From: an uncultured Prolixibacteraceae bacterium
GTDB lineage: Bacteria > Bacteroidota > Bacteroidia > Bacteroidales > Prolixibacteraceae
Direction: 5' to 3'
DNA length: 46,911 nucleotides
Assembly: GCA_964584045.1 (NCBI GenBank)
Contig: CAZOYZ010000002.1
Span: forward strand, 1 to 46,911
In this document: positions 9,553 to 18,104 of the stretch, one piece after another
How the letters are laid out: every line of letters starts with the position of its first letter
Position numbering within the stretch: position 1 is the first letter of the stretch
Position numbers and translations under genes: made by a program
The notes under the pieces: generated by a model
The model's input: the letters and a program-made list of their open reading frames with translations, nothing else
Databases searched by the model: none
What the model was told of the DNA's origin: nothing

Positions 9553-11025
9553 ATGATCAAGCCCAAGATAGTTAACCGCCTGTATTTGCAGATTTCTGCG
9601 ATTTTTTTGATGGTACTGATCCTGTTTACAGGAATTGTCCTCTATATTTCGGTGAAAGCAGCCCGGGGGTACTCGATCGAGGTCAATCAACGGTTAAACC
9701 GTGAACTCGCGGCAAACACAGTGAGCATGATCAAACCGCTGATGAAAAACGGGATGATCAGCGAAGAGGCTGTCGCCGACATTATGCATTCCATGATGCT
9801 TATAAACCCGATCGTGGAGGTTTACCTGCTCGATCCCCGGGGACAGATCCTGAAGTATGTTGCACCCGATAAGATCGTTAAGCTGGAACGTGTAAACCTG
9901 GAGCCTATCAGACGATTTCTCGGTGACCCGGAGCACGGTATCATTTACGGAGACGATCCGAGAAATCCGGGTGATTATAAGACCTTCTCAGCGGCAAGTG
10001 TGACCGAAGGAGATCGTTTAACCGGCTATATCTATATTGTCCTCGCCAGTCAGGAGTATGTTTCTGCAGCTCAAATGGTGATGGGCAGCTATATTTTGGG
10101 GCTTTCGATCCGTTCAGTGATCGCAATCCTGGTTATTTCCGTACTGGTGGGATTGCTGGCTATCTGGCTGATCACCAAAAGGCTGAATCCGATCATTGAA
10201 GGGATAAACCGTTTCAGAAAGGGCGATCTGACTGCGCGGATCTCGGTTAAAGACGGAGGTGAGCTGGATCGGATCGGGCTGGTATTTAATACTATGGCCG
10301 CCACCATTGAACGGAATATCCGGGAATTGAAGGGGGTGGATAACCTGCGCCGCGACCTGATCAGCAATGTTTCGCATGACCTTCGTACGCCGGTGGCCTC
10401 TATTCAGGGGTATGCCGAAACCCTGTTGCTAAAGAAAGATCAGATTAAACCGCAGGAACGGGAACGCTACCTGGAGATCATTTATAAGAGTTGCGAACGT
10501 TTAAAGAAGCTGGTGGCTGAACTGTTCGATCTGTCAAAACTCGAAACGCACCAGGTGAAACCGGAGGCCGAGCCATTCTCTATCGCCGAACTGGTCAATG
10601 ATGTTGCCAATAAGTACAGGATCATCTCTCAGAAAAAAGGCATTAGCTTCAATACGGTTATCGCCAAAGATATTCCATTGGTGAAAGCAGATATCTCGAT
10701 GATCGACCGGGTGTTGCAGAACCTGATCGATAATGCAGTCAAGTTTTGTAAGGAAGGAGATGCCATTAACATTGAGATCGATGCCAAAGACCCGGAAAAA
10801 GTACAGGTAAGAGTGGCGGATTCCGGGCAGGGGATCAAACAGGATGACCTTCCCCATATTTTTCAGCGCTACTACCGGGGAGCCGATCATGAACAAAGTA
10901 CCGGACTGGGCCTTGCCATCGTGAAAAAAATGATCGAACTGCATCATTCCAGCCTACAGGTATTCAGCCAATACGGGCAGGGAACGACATTTGTTTTTGA
11001 TCTTCCTGTGGCGCTGATGAATTAA
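9553..11025 (+). CDS. Sensor histidine kinase (periplasmic sensor, HAMP, HisKA, HATPase)
   Basis: 490-aa ORF with two TM helices flanking a ~150-aa loop and a HAMP-like linker. H-box SNVSHDLRTP, N-box LIDNAVKF, G-boxes DSGQGI and GLGLAI. It lies 20 nt after the regulator. Confidence 0.9.
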   Translation: MIKPKIVNRLYLQISAIFLMVLILFTGIVLYISVKAARGYSIEVNQRLNRELAANTVSMIKPLMKNGMISEEAVADIMHSMMLINPIVEVYLLDPRGQILKYVAPDKIVKLERVNLEPIRRFLGDPEHGIIYGDDPRNPGDYKTFSAASVTEGDRLTGYIYIVLASQEYVSAAQMVMGSYILGLSIRSVIAILVISVLVGLLAIWLITKRLNPIIEGINRFRKGDLTARISVKDGGELDRIGLVFNTMAATIERNIRELKGVDNLRRDLISNVSHDLRTPVASIQGYAETLLLKKDQIKPQERERYLEIIYKSCERLKKLVAELFDLSKLETHQVKPEAEPFSIAELVNDVANKYRIISQKKGISFNTVIAKDIPLVKADISMIDRVLQNLIDNAVKFCKEGDAINIEIDAKDPEKVQVRVADSGQGIKQDDLPHIFQRYYRGADHEQSTGLGLAIVKKMIELHHSSLQVFSQYGQGTTFVFDLPVALMN

Positions 11026-11233
11026 CCTGTGCGTTTGAATGCCTCGCTTTGTTTTTTCTCCCGTACGCACCACAATTCTTACACAGGCAGAAATTTCTTT
11101 CGCCTATGCCAGCCTGTGCGCAGATCTTTACTTTAGGAAAATCCGGTTTTTTACAAAAAGTTGAAAAATTTGTGACCCTGACGTGATACTTTATCCAGAG
11201 CTTTGGAAATGTTAAACATAAAGATTAAAAGCT

Positions 11234-11407
11234 ATGGAAAGTACGAGTAAGAGAGAGCAAAGACAAGCTCGCCTAGGTTTGCCGGGCGGGAGTATTTTAC
11301 GCGACAGCGGAGCGAAAATTGCGCTTAAGAGGACGCAAAGCCAAACTTGTTTGGTCTTTGCCGAACGTGAGCGACTTGCCGGCGTTAGCCGGAAGGTATT
11401 ACGCTTC
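11234..11407 (+). promoter_or_regulatory. GC-rich structured 5' leader of the spondin-like lipoprotein gene (candidate riboswitch or attenuator)
   Basis: An 11-bp hairpin spans 11335-11361 with a CUUG loop. Helix 11257-11264/11354-11361 competes with it. Helix 11265-11272/11371-11377 encloses it. Hairpin 11379-11392 sits 15 nt before the ATG at 11408. Confidence 0.4.
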
Positions 11408-12682
11408 ATGATGAGTGCAGTATGTCTGGTATTATTATTTGTAAGTTGTGAGAATGATGATTCTGAAACTCCTGCGATGGGTATGTTTACCGTCACGATC
11501 GAAAATGTTTCAGAAATGCATGATTTTTTTCAATCCGGGGTATTCAATACTCCTGTTGGTGAAAGCGGGCCCGGTCCTGCTCTTCCGGGTCATTCTTTTT
11601 CCTTTTCGTTCCATGCAGGTAAAGGACACTATTTATCGTTCACGACCATGTACGGGATATCCAATGATCTGTTTTACGCTCCTGCTGATGAAGGTGTTGC
11701 CCTCTATGATGACGACGGCCCGGTGACAGGGGACATCACTCCAATGATCAGGTTGTGGGATGCGGGGACGGAAGTCAATGAAGAGCCTGGTGTTGGTGCG
11801 AATACAGGCCCCCAACAAAGCGGACCTAACACCGGACCTGCAGAAAACGGGACAGTCCGCGAAATCAGTCAGGTCAATGATGGCTTTACCTATCCTCCTG
11901 TTGAGGATAATATCAAGGTAATGTTGGAATATGACGGCACCAGTATGTTTACCGTGACGATCGAAAACAAGAGCATGAGTACCACTCCGCTTTCGCCGGG
12001 GGTATGGGTCGTGCATTCCATGCCGAACGTTTTATTTGAAGAAGGACAAGCCGATTACGGGCACGGCCTTGAACATAACGCCGAAGATGGCGATCCGGCC
12101 GGCCTTGGCGAATACCTGACGATGCACAGTGGTTATGTTTCGCCTATAGGACCGGGCGTATGGGTAGTTTATAAAAAAGAAGATATGCCGTTATTTACAG
12201 AAGGGATGGATGATTATGGTGATGGACTGGAAGCACTGGCCGAAAACGGAGACCCGGCAGAATTGGCGGCATCTGTGATGGATACGGGCTTTGAAAGCGG
12301 CATCTATAATACGCCTGTGGGGGCCGGTGGTCCGGGCCCTGTCATGCCTGGTGAAAAGTATAGCTTTAGTTTTAAAGCTGAAGCCGGCGATTACCTGAGT
12401 TTTGCATCCATGCTGGGGCAGTCCAACGATCTGTTCTTTGCTCCGGGTGATATGGGCATCCAATTGTTTAACGGGTCGGAGCCGGTAAACGGGGAGGTTA
12501 CAGACATGATTATGCTTTGGGATGCCGGGACCGAGGTGAATGAATATCCGGGAGCCGGGATCCACCAGCCTGCTCAGATGAACGGAGGGATGGATGAAAA
12601 CGGACATGTGATGATGGTGAATGATGATTTTACCTATCCTGCGGTCGGGCAAATGATTAAAGTCACGATCACGGGAATGTAG
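11408..12682 (+). CDS. Spondin_N-like repeat lipoprotein
   Basis: The ORF track begins at 11234. The internal start MMSAVCLVLLFVSC at 11408 gives a proper lipoprotein signal with a lipobox Cys. Motifs PGVWVVH and GLE.LAE(D/N)GDP recur twice, and a ~130-aa module (NTPVG..GPGP..FSF..YLSF..SNDLF.AP..LWDAGTEVNE.PG..FTYP) also recurs twice. Confidence 0.7.
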   Translation: MMSAVCLVLLFVSCENDDSETPAMGMFTVTIENVSEMHDFFQSGVFNTPVGESGPGPALPGHSFSFSFHAGKGHYLSFTTMYGISNDLFYAPADEGVALYDDDGPVTGDITPMIRLWDAGTEVNEEPGVGANTGPQQSGPNTGPAENGTVREISQVNDGFTYPPVEDNIKVMLEYDGTSMFTVTIENKSMSTTPLSPGVWVVHSMPNVLFEEGQADYGHGLEHNAEDGDPAGLGEYLTMHSGYVSPIGPGVWVVYKKEDMPLFTEGMDDYGDGLEALAENGDPAELAASVMDTGFESGIYNTPVGAGGPGPVMPGEKYSFSFKAEAGDYLSFASMLGQSNDLFFAPGDMGIQLFNGSEPVNGEVTDMIMLWDAGTEVNEYPGAGIHQPAQMNGGMDENGHVMMVNDDFTYPAVGQMIKVTITGM

Positions 12683-12690
12683 AGTACAGG

Positions 12691-12817
12691 AGCCGGGAGG
12701 GTTGCAATGCTACCTATTTGCGATACGACATTTTTCCGGAATATCAAAATTTCCTCGGGCAGTTGACGGGCGACTCCTGTCGGCTGCCCGCGGTAGCATG
12801 AGCTCCACTCCCCGGCT
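12691..12817. other. Nested long-range inverted repeats (candidate structured RNA or palindromic element) between convergent genes
   Basis: Outer helix 12691-12702/12807-12817 has 11 pairs and one bulge. Second helix 12707-12714/12792-12799 has 8 bp. Inner helix 12756-12762/12784-12790 has 7 bp and encloses CGAC-TCCT-GTCG at 12771-12782. Confidence 0.35.
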
Positions 12818-12950
12818 GGAAATAAGGCACAAAGATGGTGATTAAAATGACCGATATGGAATACTTCCTGCGCAACAGGGAGCAGCCAGAATGCCCTCCG
12901 GGCCTGCTCATACCAAGATTTTGTCCTCACACGGGTGAGAACAGAGGGGA

Positions 12951-14573
12951 TCATATGTTTTTATTAAGGCGCAGCCAGGAACTGTTCTCATGATAATCTT
13001 CAACGACCTGTACGTTGGCCTGAAGGCAGAAAGAGCTCATAACCTGTTTGACTTCCTGTTGCAGCATGTTGAGCGCTCCCTGGATAAGATCTTTACGGAA
13101 ACCTTCATCAGCCAGCTTATGCACCATATCCATCGAAATAACCCTTCCGATGACCTGGCCAAGCTCCACCAGCTTGCGTTGCGGAAGCTCCATGTTCAGG
13201 TTAAAATTGAATAAGTCCTTTAATTGTTCGGACGAACGATGGGTCAGATCATGAAGCTTCAGAAAACTCGCCAGATTTCTTTCCTTAAACCTTTTCATTT
13301 GTTTGACCAGGTTCTCTGCGATCTGGGCGTAAAGAATATCGTTTGATCCTTCGAAGATCTGGAATGGCCGGCTGTCGGTAATACCGCGGCCTGCAATATG
13401 GCTGTTCCGGTAAGCTTTGGCCCCTACCAACTGGGTTACCGATTGTGCCGCCTGGTGCATCAGGTCGGTAATGACCGATTTGACAGAATTTGCCTCCATG
13501 CCGATCCCGGTCAGATCATTTTCCAGTCCGGCTTTTTTAGCGCTGTTTGAACACATGGCCGAACAGACCGTAAAAGAAGCCTGAAGTTTGGACAAACGTT
13601 CCTGAACCTGATCGTAAGAAAAAAGACTTTTACCTCCGACCAGTCTTTCCTTGCAATGGGTTATCCCTTCATCCAGCATCCGGTGAATGAATCCCATTCC
13701 CATACCGGGGAATTGCATCCGGCTGCGGTGGAGCAGGTCGAGCATCATCTTGACACCTGTTGTCTGAGGCTCTAATTTTTGTATTTTCGGGATCCTGACG
13801 TCAATATGATTCCGGCCGTAGGGAATCTGATAAAGCCCGAGATTATCATAAAATTCCTCCACTTTGATGCGCTGTTCAGGTTGCGTGACGTCGCAAATGA
13901 AAAAGTCGATATCGCGAAGCAGATCTCCTTCGGGCGATTTCCTCCGGGCTGTCAAAAGCCAGTATTCCGCCCAGCCTGTTAATCCGGCCCAGTGCTTTTT
14001 GCCGTTTAGATGAAAACCGGTCTTTTCCTCTGTGAAAAATGTTTGCATACTTAACGCATCACTCCCGAAATCAGGTTCGGTGATCATGAGCCCGCCCATG
14101 TTCTGCTGCTCAATAAACCGTCTGAATACGGCAGCTTTTGCTTCTTCACAGGCATATTTCGCCACCGGCTGCAGAAACAGCGCTGAATTGATCCCAAATG
14201 TAAGAGAGAGCGCCAACGATTCATAGGATGCGGTTTCGAGCAAGGCAAGATTTTCGTGCATCAGAGAGCCCCGGCCGCCGTATTCTTCTGGGATGCCGAT
14301 GACAAGCGGATTAACTTCCATAATTTCCCGTAACACAAAGGCGGGCAATCCACGCTGCATAGCATACTGATTGACATTTCCTTTCAAATGGTATACCTCA
14401 AGCATTTTTGCTTTCAGTTTGTCCAGGAACTGATGGATCGTTTCTGTTTGATAAGCCGGCTGTACTATTCCTGCTTCAGTGGCTGGTCCGGTTTTAAAGT
14501 TGGACTGTACGAATTGAAGGCTGTTTCCCGAATCGTGATTGTTTTTTAAAATTAGCTCATTCATTTTGTTCAA
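12951..14573 (-). CDS. Acyl-CoA dehydrogenase family protein (long form)
   Basis: 540-aa ORF with ACAD-like N, middle and C-terminal regions (GGLMITEPDFGSDA, FQIFEGSNDILY). Confidence 0.85.
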   Translation of the reverse strand: MNKMNELILKNNHDSGNSLQFVQSNFKTGPATEAGIVQPAYQTETIHQFLDKLKAKMLEVYHLKGNVNQYAMQRGLPAFVLREIMEVNPLVIGIPEEYGGRGSLMHENLALLETASYESLALSLTFGINSALFLQPVAKYACEEAKAAVFRRFIEQQNMGGLMITEPDFGSDALSMQTFFTEEKTGFHLNGKKHWAGLTGWAEYWLLTARRKSPEGDLLRDIDFFICDVTQPEQRIKVEEFYDNLGLYQIPYGRNHIDVRIPKIQKLEPQTTGVKMMLDLLHRSRMQFPGMGMGFIHRMLDEGITHCKERLVGGKSLFSYDQVQERLSKLQASFTVCSAMCSNSAKKAGLENDLTGIGMEANSVKSVITDLMHQAAQSVTQLVGAKAYRNSHIAGRGITDSRPFQIFEGSNDILYAQIAENLVKQMKRFKERNLASFLKLHDLTHRSSEQLKDLFNFNLNMELPQRKLVELGQVIGRVISMDMVHKLADEGFRKDLIQGALNMLQQEVKQVMSSFCLQANVQVVEDYHENSSWLRLNKNI

Positions 14574-14722
14574 TATATATCAAAAGGCTATGATTCTCCC
14601 TCTGTGACTTTAACATTCACTTTGTACGATTGTTCTTCTGTGGTCGTATTTAGAATGGCAGAGATTATGTGCACTGAATACGTCTCAGAAAATAATCACG
14701 GCTTCTTTAACCGGAATCTCCT

Positions 14723-15619
14723 TTATTTTTGCGTGTTCACCATCTGCTGATTCGCTTTGTGAAACTGGCTCCTGTAGCCCACCGGTGTGAATGATGTGAA
14801 TTTTTTAAAGGAGCGGTTGAAATTGGAAATATTGTTGAAGCCGCTTTCAAAACAAATCTGGGAAACGGTATGTTTCCCCTCGATCAGTAATTTACAGGCA
14901 TATCCGATCCGCATCTCGGCAACAAATTCTGAAAAGGTTTTGCTGGTCTTTTCCCTGAAATAGCGGCTAAATGCAGACGGATTCATTCCGATAAGACCAG
15001 CTACCGTTTCCAGTTTAACAGGCTCCCTGTATATGGAATTGATCATGTGCATGATCTTATCAAGACGATTGTTCGACCACTCATGAAAATCGGACCGGTA
15101 AGTTTCGCTGGCAAGGAGCTTATAATCCGTCGACTGCGCCAGTTGATCAAGTATTTTGATAAATTTCAGTGTCCGCTCCAGCCCTTTTAGTTTCAGCAGC
15201 TTCCTTAGCCCCGGATCCAGCGATTTGGAGACAGACCTGGAAAAACTGATTCCGCGTGCAGAGAGGTTCAGCAATCTCCTGATCTGATAAAATTCGGGGT
15301 AGTCTTCAATTTGATGGTTGAAAAAGTCGGAAGGGAAATGAATGACGATGGCGTTGACCTGATACTGCGGGTTATTATGGAAAAAAACTTCATCATTCTT
15401 CCAAAAGTGCGGCAGGTTTGAACCCAAAAGAACCAGATCGCCTTCGTTGAAATCTTCTACATGATCTGCAACAAACCTTTTACCGAAACTTTTCAGGATA
15501 TAAACCAGCTCAAATTCCGGATGAAAATGCCAGGGAAACGTGAAATGCGAAAATTCATCCCATTTGACCGTGATGGCGTTTTTACCCTTCAGATTCAGCT
15601 GTTCGTGCATGATCTTCAT
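14723..15619 (-). CDS. AraC-family transcriptional regulator with N-terminal cupin-like domain
   Basis: 298-aa ORF. The N-terminal cupin segment (FPWHFHPEFELVYI) is followed by the C-terminal dual HTH of the AraC/XylS family (ISQICFESGFNNISNFNRSFKKF). Confidence 0.9.
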   Translation of the reverse strand: MKIMHEQLNLKGKNAITVKWDEFSHFTFPWHFHPEFELVYILKSFGKRFVADHVEDFNEGDLVLLGSNLPHFWKNDEVFFHNNPQYQVNAIVIHFPSDFFNHQIEDYPEFYQIRRLLNLSARGISFSRSVSKSLDPGLRKLLKLKGLERTLKFIKILDQLAQSTDYKLLASETYRSDFHEWSNNRLDKIMHMINSIYREPVKLETVAGLIGMNPSAFSRYFREKTSKTFSEFVAEMRIGYACKLLIEGKHTVSQICFESGFNNISNFNRSFKKFTSFTPVGYRSQFHKANQQMVNTQK

Positions 15620-15675
15620 TCCTGTAAAAATAATAATTATTTTTAGACATGAACTGGTTTGCAGGCTTTAATTCC

Positions 15676-15697
15676 GGGACCTGTCAGGGACCTGACA
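15676..15697. promoter_or_regulatory. Tandem 11-bp direct repeat (GGGACCTGTCA / GGGACCTGACA) in the AraC / DUF6807 divergent region
   Basis: Two adjacent 11-mers are identical at 10 of 11 positions, one helical turn apart, 57 nt upstream of the AraC start codon. Confidence 0.3.
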
Positions 15698-15713
15698 ACA
15701 CGAAAAGGCCAAT

Positions 15714-15743
15714 CCGGATAATTCCGTCCGGAAGTGTATCCGG
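15714..15743. promoter_or_regulatory. Nested palindrome CCGGATA-aTTCCG-tc-CGGAA-gtg-TATCCGG, candidate operator
   Basis: The 7-bp inverted repeat 15714-15720/15737-15743 encloses the 5-bp inverted repeat 15722-15726/15729-15733. Confidence 0.3.
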
Positions 15744-15816
15744 TTTCTTTGCAATTCCTGCAAAAAAAGTATAAATACATGCCAAAATAGTACTGGTATT
15801 GGCTGGCTATTTCCGG

Positions 15817-15824
15817 TATTTTTG
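15817..15824 (+). promoter_or_regulatory. Candidate -7 promoter element (TATTTTTG) for the DUF6807-like gene
   Basis: Exact TAnnTTTG match 155 nt upstream of the ATG at 15979. Confidence 0.3.
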
Positions 15825-15978
15825 ATCTGTTATCATGATCCGGTAACTGAGAGATCAGAACCTCTGATGTAAGCTACCCCAAAAGGATATTCTGATTCTT
15901 GTTATAAAGGATGGATCAGTGAAGTCGAAACGAAACCAGGAAAGGGGTTGTCCTGCGAAACAAACAAACTAATAAACG

Positions 15979-17226
15979 ATGAAGTATTTGATTACTGTTT
16001 TTTATTTGCTTGGGATCACAAACCTTTTTGCCCAGCAGCAGGTGCTCAGGTTTAAAGTCCTTGCCGGTGATTATCCCCGTAAGAACTGTCCGGTCAGTCT
16101 GGATCTCTCGGCTTCTGACATCGGATTAAATAATGCTTCTTTCAGGCTTTATCAACTGAAAGAAAAAGCAGAAGTTCCGGTTGCCAGCCAACTGGAAGAA
16201 GGAAAGAATCCCCGTCTGTGGTTTATCCTGAACGGTGAAATGAAAAGCGGAGAAAACAGGGAATATGTACTTCGTACGGTTGACGAAGCCATTCCCGAAT
16301 CCGGAATCGGGATTGAGAAAAGCCATTCGGGATTAAAACTTATCGCGAAAGATAAACCTGTCCTGACCTATCAGTTTAATGAAGTTTATCCTCCTGCCGG
16401 CATCGACCCGTTATTTAGACGTTCCGGATTTATTCATCCCCTGTGGTCGCCGGGAGGAGAAATACTGACACGGATTCAGGCACCTGATCATTATCACCAT
16501 TACGGATTGTGGGGTCCCTGGACAAAAACCCACATCAACGGCCGTGAAGTGGATTTTTGGAACTTAATGAAAGGAGAGGGGACCGTGCGTTTTGCTGGTT
16601 TTTTGACTCAGACAGAAGGTCCGGTATTCGGAGGATTCAGTGCATTGCAGGAACATATTGATTTCGGCGGCAAAGGCCCTGATCAAACTGCAATTCATGA
16701 AGTTTTGGATATTTGTGTCTGGAATGTGGATCCTGAAAATAAGGTCTGGCTTATCGATTACACCAGCATCCTGAATTGTCCGCTCGATTCCGGTATCCTG
16801 CTCGATGCCTACCGCTACGGAGGAGGAGTTGGCTTCCGGGCAACTGAGAAATGGCACAGGGACAACAGTTCGGTATGGACCTCTGAAGGAAATAACAGGG
16901 CCAATGCCGATGGTACCAATGCCCGCTGGTGCCGTGTAGAGGGTGAATCGTTTTCGGGCAGGAGCGGCATTTTATTCATGAGCCATCCGTCTAACAGGGC
17001 ACACCCCGAGCCAATGCGGGTATGGCCTGATAATACGAATAAGCGCGGTGACCTTTATTTTGAATTTTGTCCGATCCGTCATCAGGAATGGAAGCTTGAA
17101 AAAGGTAAAAACTACTCCCAAAAATACCGGTTGCTGGTATTTGACGGAGCATTGACTGAAGATGAGGCTGAACAATACTGGATCGCTTTTGCCAAACCAC
17201 CGAAGGTAGTAGTGAGTAGTGAGTAG
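15979..17226 (+). CDS. DUF6807 / PmoA-like family protein, secreted
   Basis: 415-aa ORF with a signal peptide (MKYLITVFYLLGITNLFAQQ). The His-rich motif DHYHHYGLWGPWT...NGREVDFWN is what I associate with Pfam PmoA (PF14100/DUF6807). Confidence 0.7.
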   Translation: MKYLITVFYLLGITNLFAQQQVLRFKVLAGDYPRKNCPVSLDLSASDIGLNNASFRLYQLKEKAEVPVASQLEEGKNPRLWFILNGEMKSGENREYVLRTVDEAIPESGIGIEKSHSGLKLIAKDKPVLTYQFNEVYPPAGIDPLFRRSGFIHPLWSPGGEILTRIQAPDHYHHYGLWGPWTKTHINGREVDFWNLMKGEGTVRFAGFLTQTEGPVFGGFSALQEHIDFGGKGPDQTAIHEVLDICVWNVDPENKVWLIDYTSILNCPLDSGILLDAYRYGGGVGFRATEKWHRDNSSVWTSEGNNRANADGTNARWCRVEGESFSGRSGILFMSHPSNRAHPEPMRVWPDNTNKRGDLYFEFCPIRHQEWKLEKGKNYSQKYRLLVFDGALTEDEAEQYWIAFAKPPKVVVSSE

Positions 17227-17230
17227 TGAG
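17208..17230. repeat. Perfect tandem heptamer (AGTAGTG)x3 spanning the stop codon of the DUF6807-like gene
   Basis: The sequence AGTAGTGAGTAGTGAGTAGTGAG places TAG or TGA stops in all three forward frames (17210, 17213, 17217, 17220, 17224, 17227). Confidence 0.8.
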
Positions 17231-17282
17231 TCAAAAGGGTTCCAGGGCTTTTATGATCAGATAATCATTTAACCAGAAAATC

Positions 17283-18041
17283 ATGAAGAAGATCGTATTC
17301 ATTTTAGGAATTTTGTTGTTAGTTATGCCCGGCTTTGCAAAGACAAAGGTTGCCGGGAAGCAGATCCTTATTTATACCAAGAACGGGAAGGGATATGTGC
17401 ACGAAAATATTGCATCCAGTGTCCAGGCATTGCAGGAGATTTGCAGTGCTGAAAAAATAAAGACAGATGTTTCGGACGATCCGGCTGTTTTTACAGCAGA
17501 TAACCTGGAGAAATATGATGCAATTATTTTTTCGAACAGTAACAATGAGGGCTTTGATACGGAAGCACAAAAAGCCGCTTTTCAGCAGTTTGTCCGCAGC
17601 GGGAAAGGATTTGCAGCGATTCACTCAGCCAATGCCACCGAAAGGCAATGGCCCTGGTACTGGGCACTCGTGGGCGGCAAATTTATCCGCCATGCACCCC
17701 ATCAGGAGTTTGACGTGGTGGTGATCGATCCGGACCATCCCTCCACTTCCGTGCTGCCGGAGCGTTGGACGGTTAATGACGAATGTTATTATTCTTTTCA
17801 ACTGAATCCGGACATCCATGTTTTGCTGGCCGCCGACATGACTACGGTTGAAGATAAAGGGAAAGCGGAATATCCGGGAGAAACATTCGGGCAGTACTTT
17901 CCGCTTTGCTGGTGCCACGAATTTGAAGGTGGCCGGCAGTGGTATACGGCACTGGGACACGATGCGGTGTTTTATAAGGATGAAACATTCCGGAAGCATT
18001 TGCGTGGCGGAGTACTCTGGATCTTAGGTGTGGACAAATAA
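17283..18041 (+). CDS. ThuA-domain protein (trehalose-utilisation-like), secreted
   Basis: 252-aa ORF with a signal peptide (MKKIVFILGILLLVMPGFA) and ThuA-like motifs (ILIYTKNGKGYVH, FVRSGKGFAAIHSA, WYTALGHD). Confidence 0.8.
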   Translation: MKKIVFILGILLLVMPGFAKTKVAGKQILIYTKNGKGYVHENIASSVQALQEICSAEKIKTDVSDDPAVFTADNLEKYDAIIFSNSNNEGFDTEAQKAAFQQFVRSGKGFAAIHSANATERQWPWYWALVGGKFIRHAPHQEFDVVVIDPDHPSTSVLPERWTVNDECYYSFQLNPDIHVLLAADMTTVEDKGKAEYPGETFGQYFPLCWCHEFEGGRQWYTALGHDAVFYKDETFRKHLRGGVLWILGVDK

Positions 18042-18104
18042 ATAGTAATCGTATGTCATTTGAGTTTGAACTGGTTTGAGTTTTACAATCTTGAATTTTC
18101 ATCT

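Noticed and set aside
11234-11407. ATG at 11234 as the start of the spondin-like gene, adding a 58-aa N-terminal extension.
   Set aside because: The extension (MESTSKREQRQARLG...) is highly charged and would bury the lipoprotein signal peptide that begins at 11408. I treat the region as an RNA leader instead.
12860-12915. GGGAGCAGCC / CCGGGCC segment vaguely reminiscent of the SRP RNA domain IV core.
   Set aside because: The conserved GGAA-tetraloop hairpin and the symmetric-loop sequences of 4.5S RNA cannot be aligned on either strand.
12634-12954. 106-aa minus-strand ORF spanning the convergent intergenic region.
   Set aside because: It overlaps the 3' ends of both flanking genes and has no signal, motif or plausible promoter. 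Its openness is better explained by the GC-rich structured sequence.
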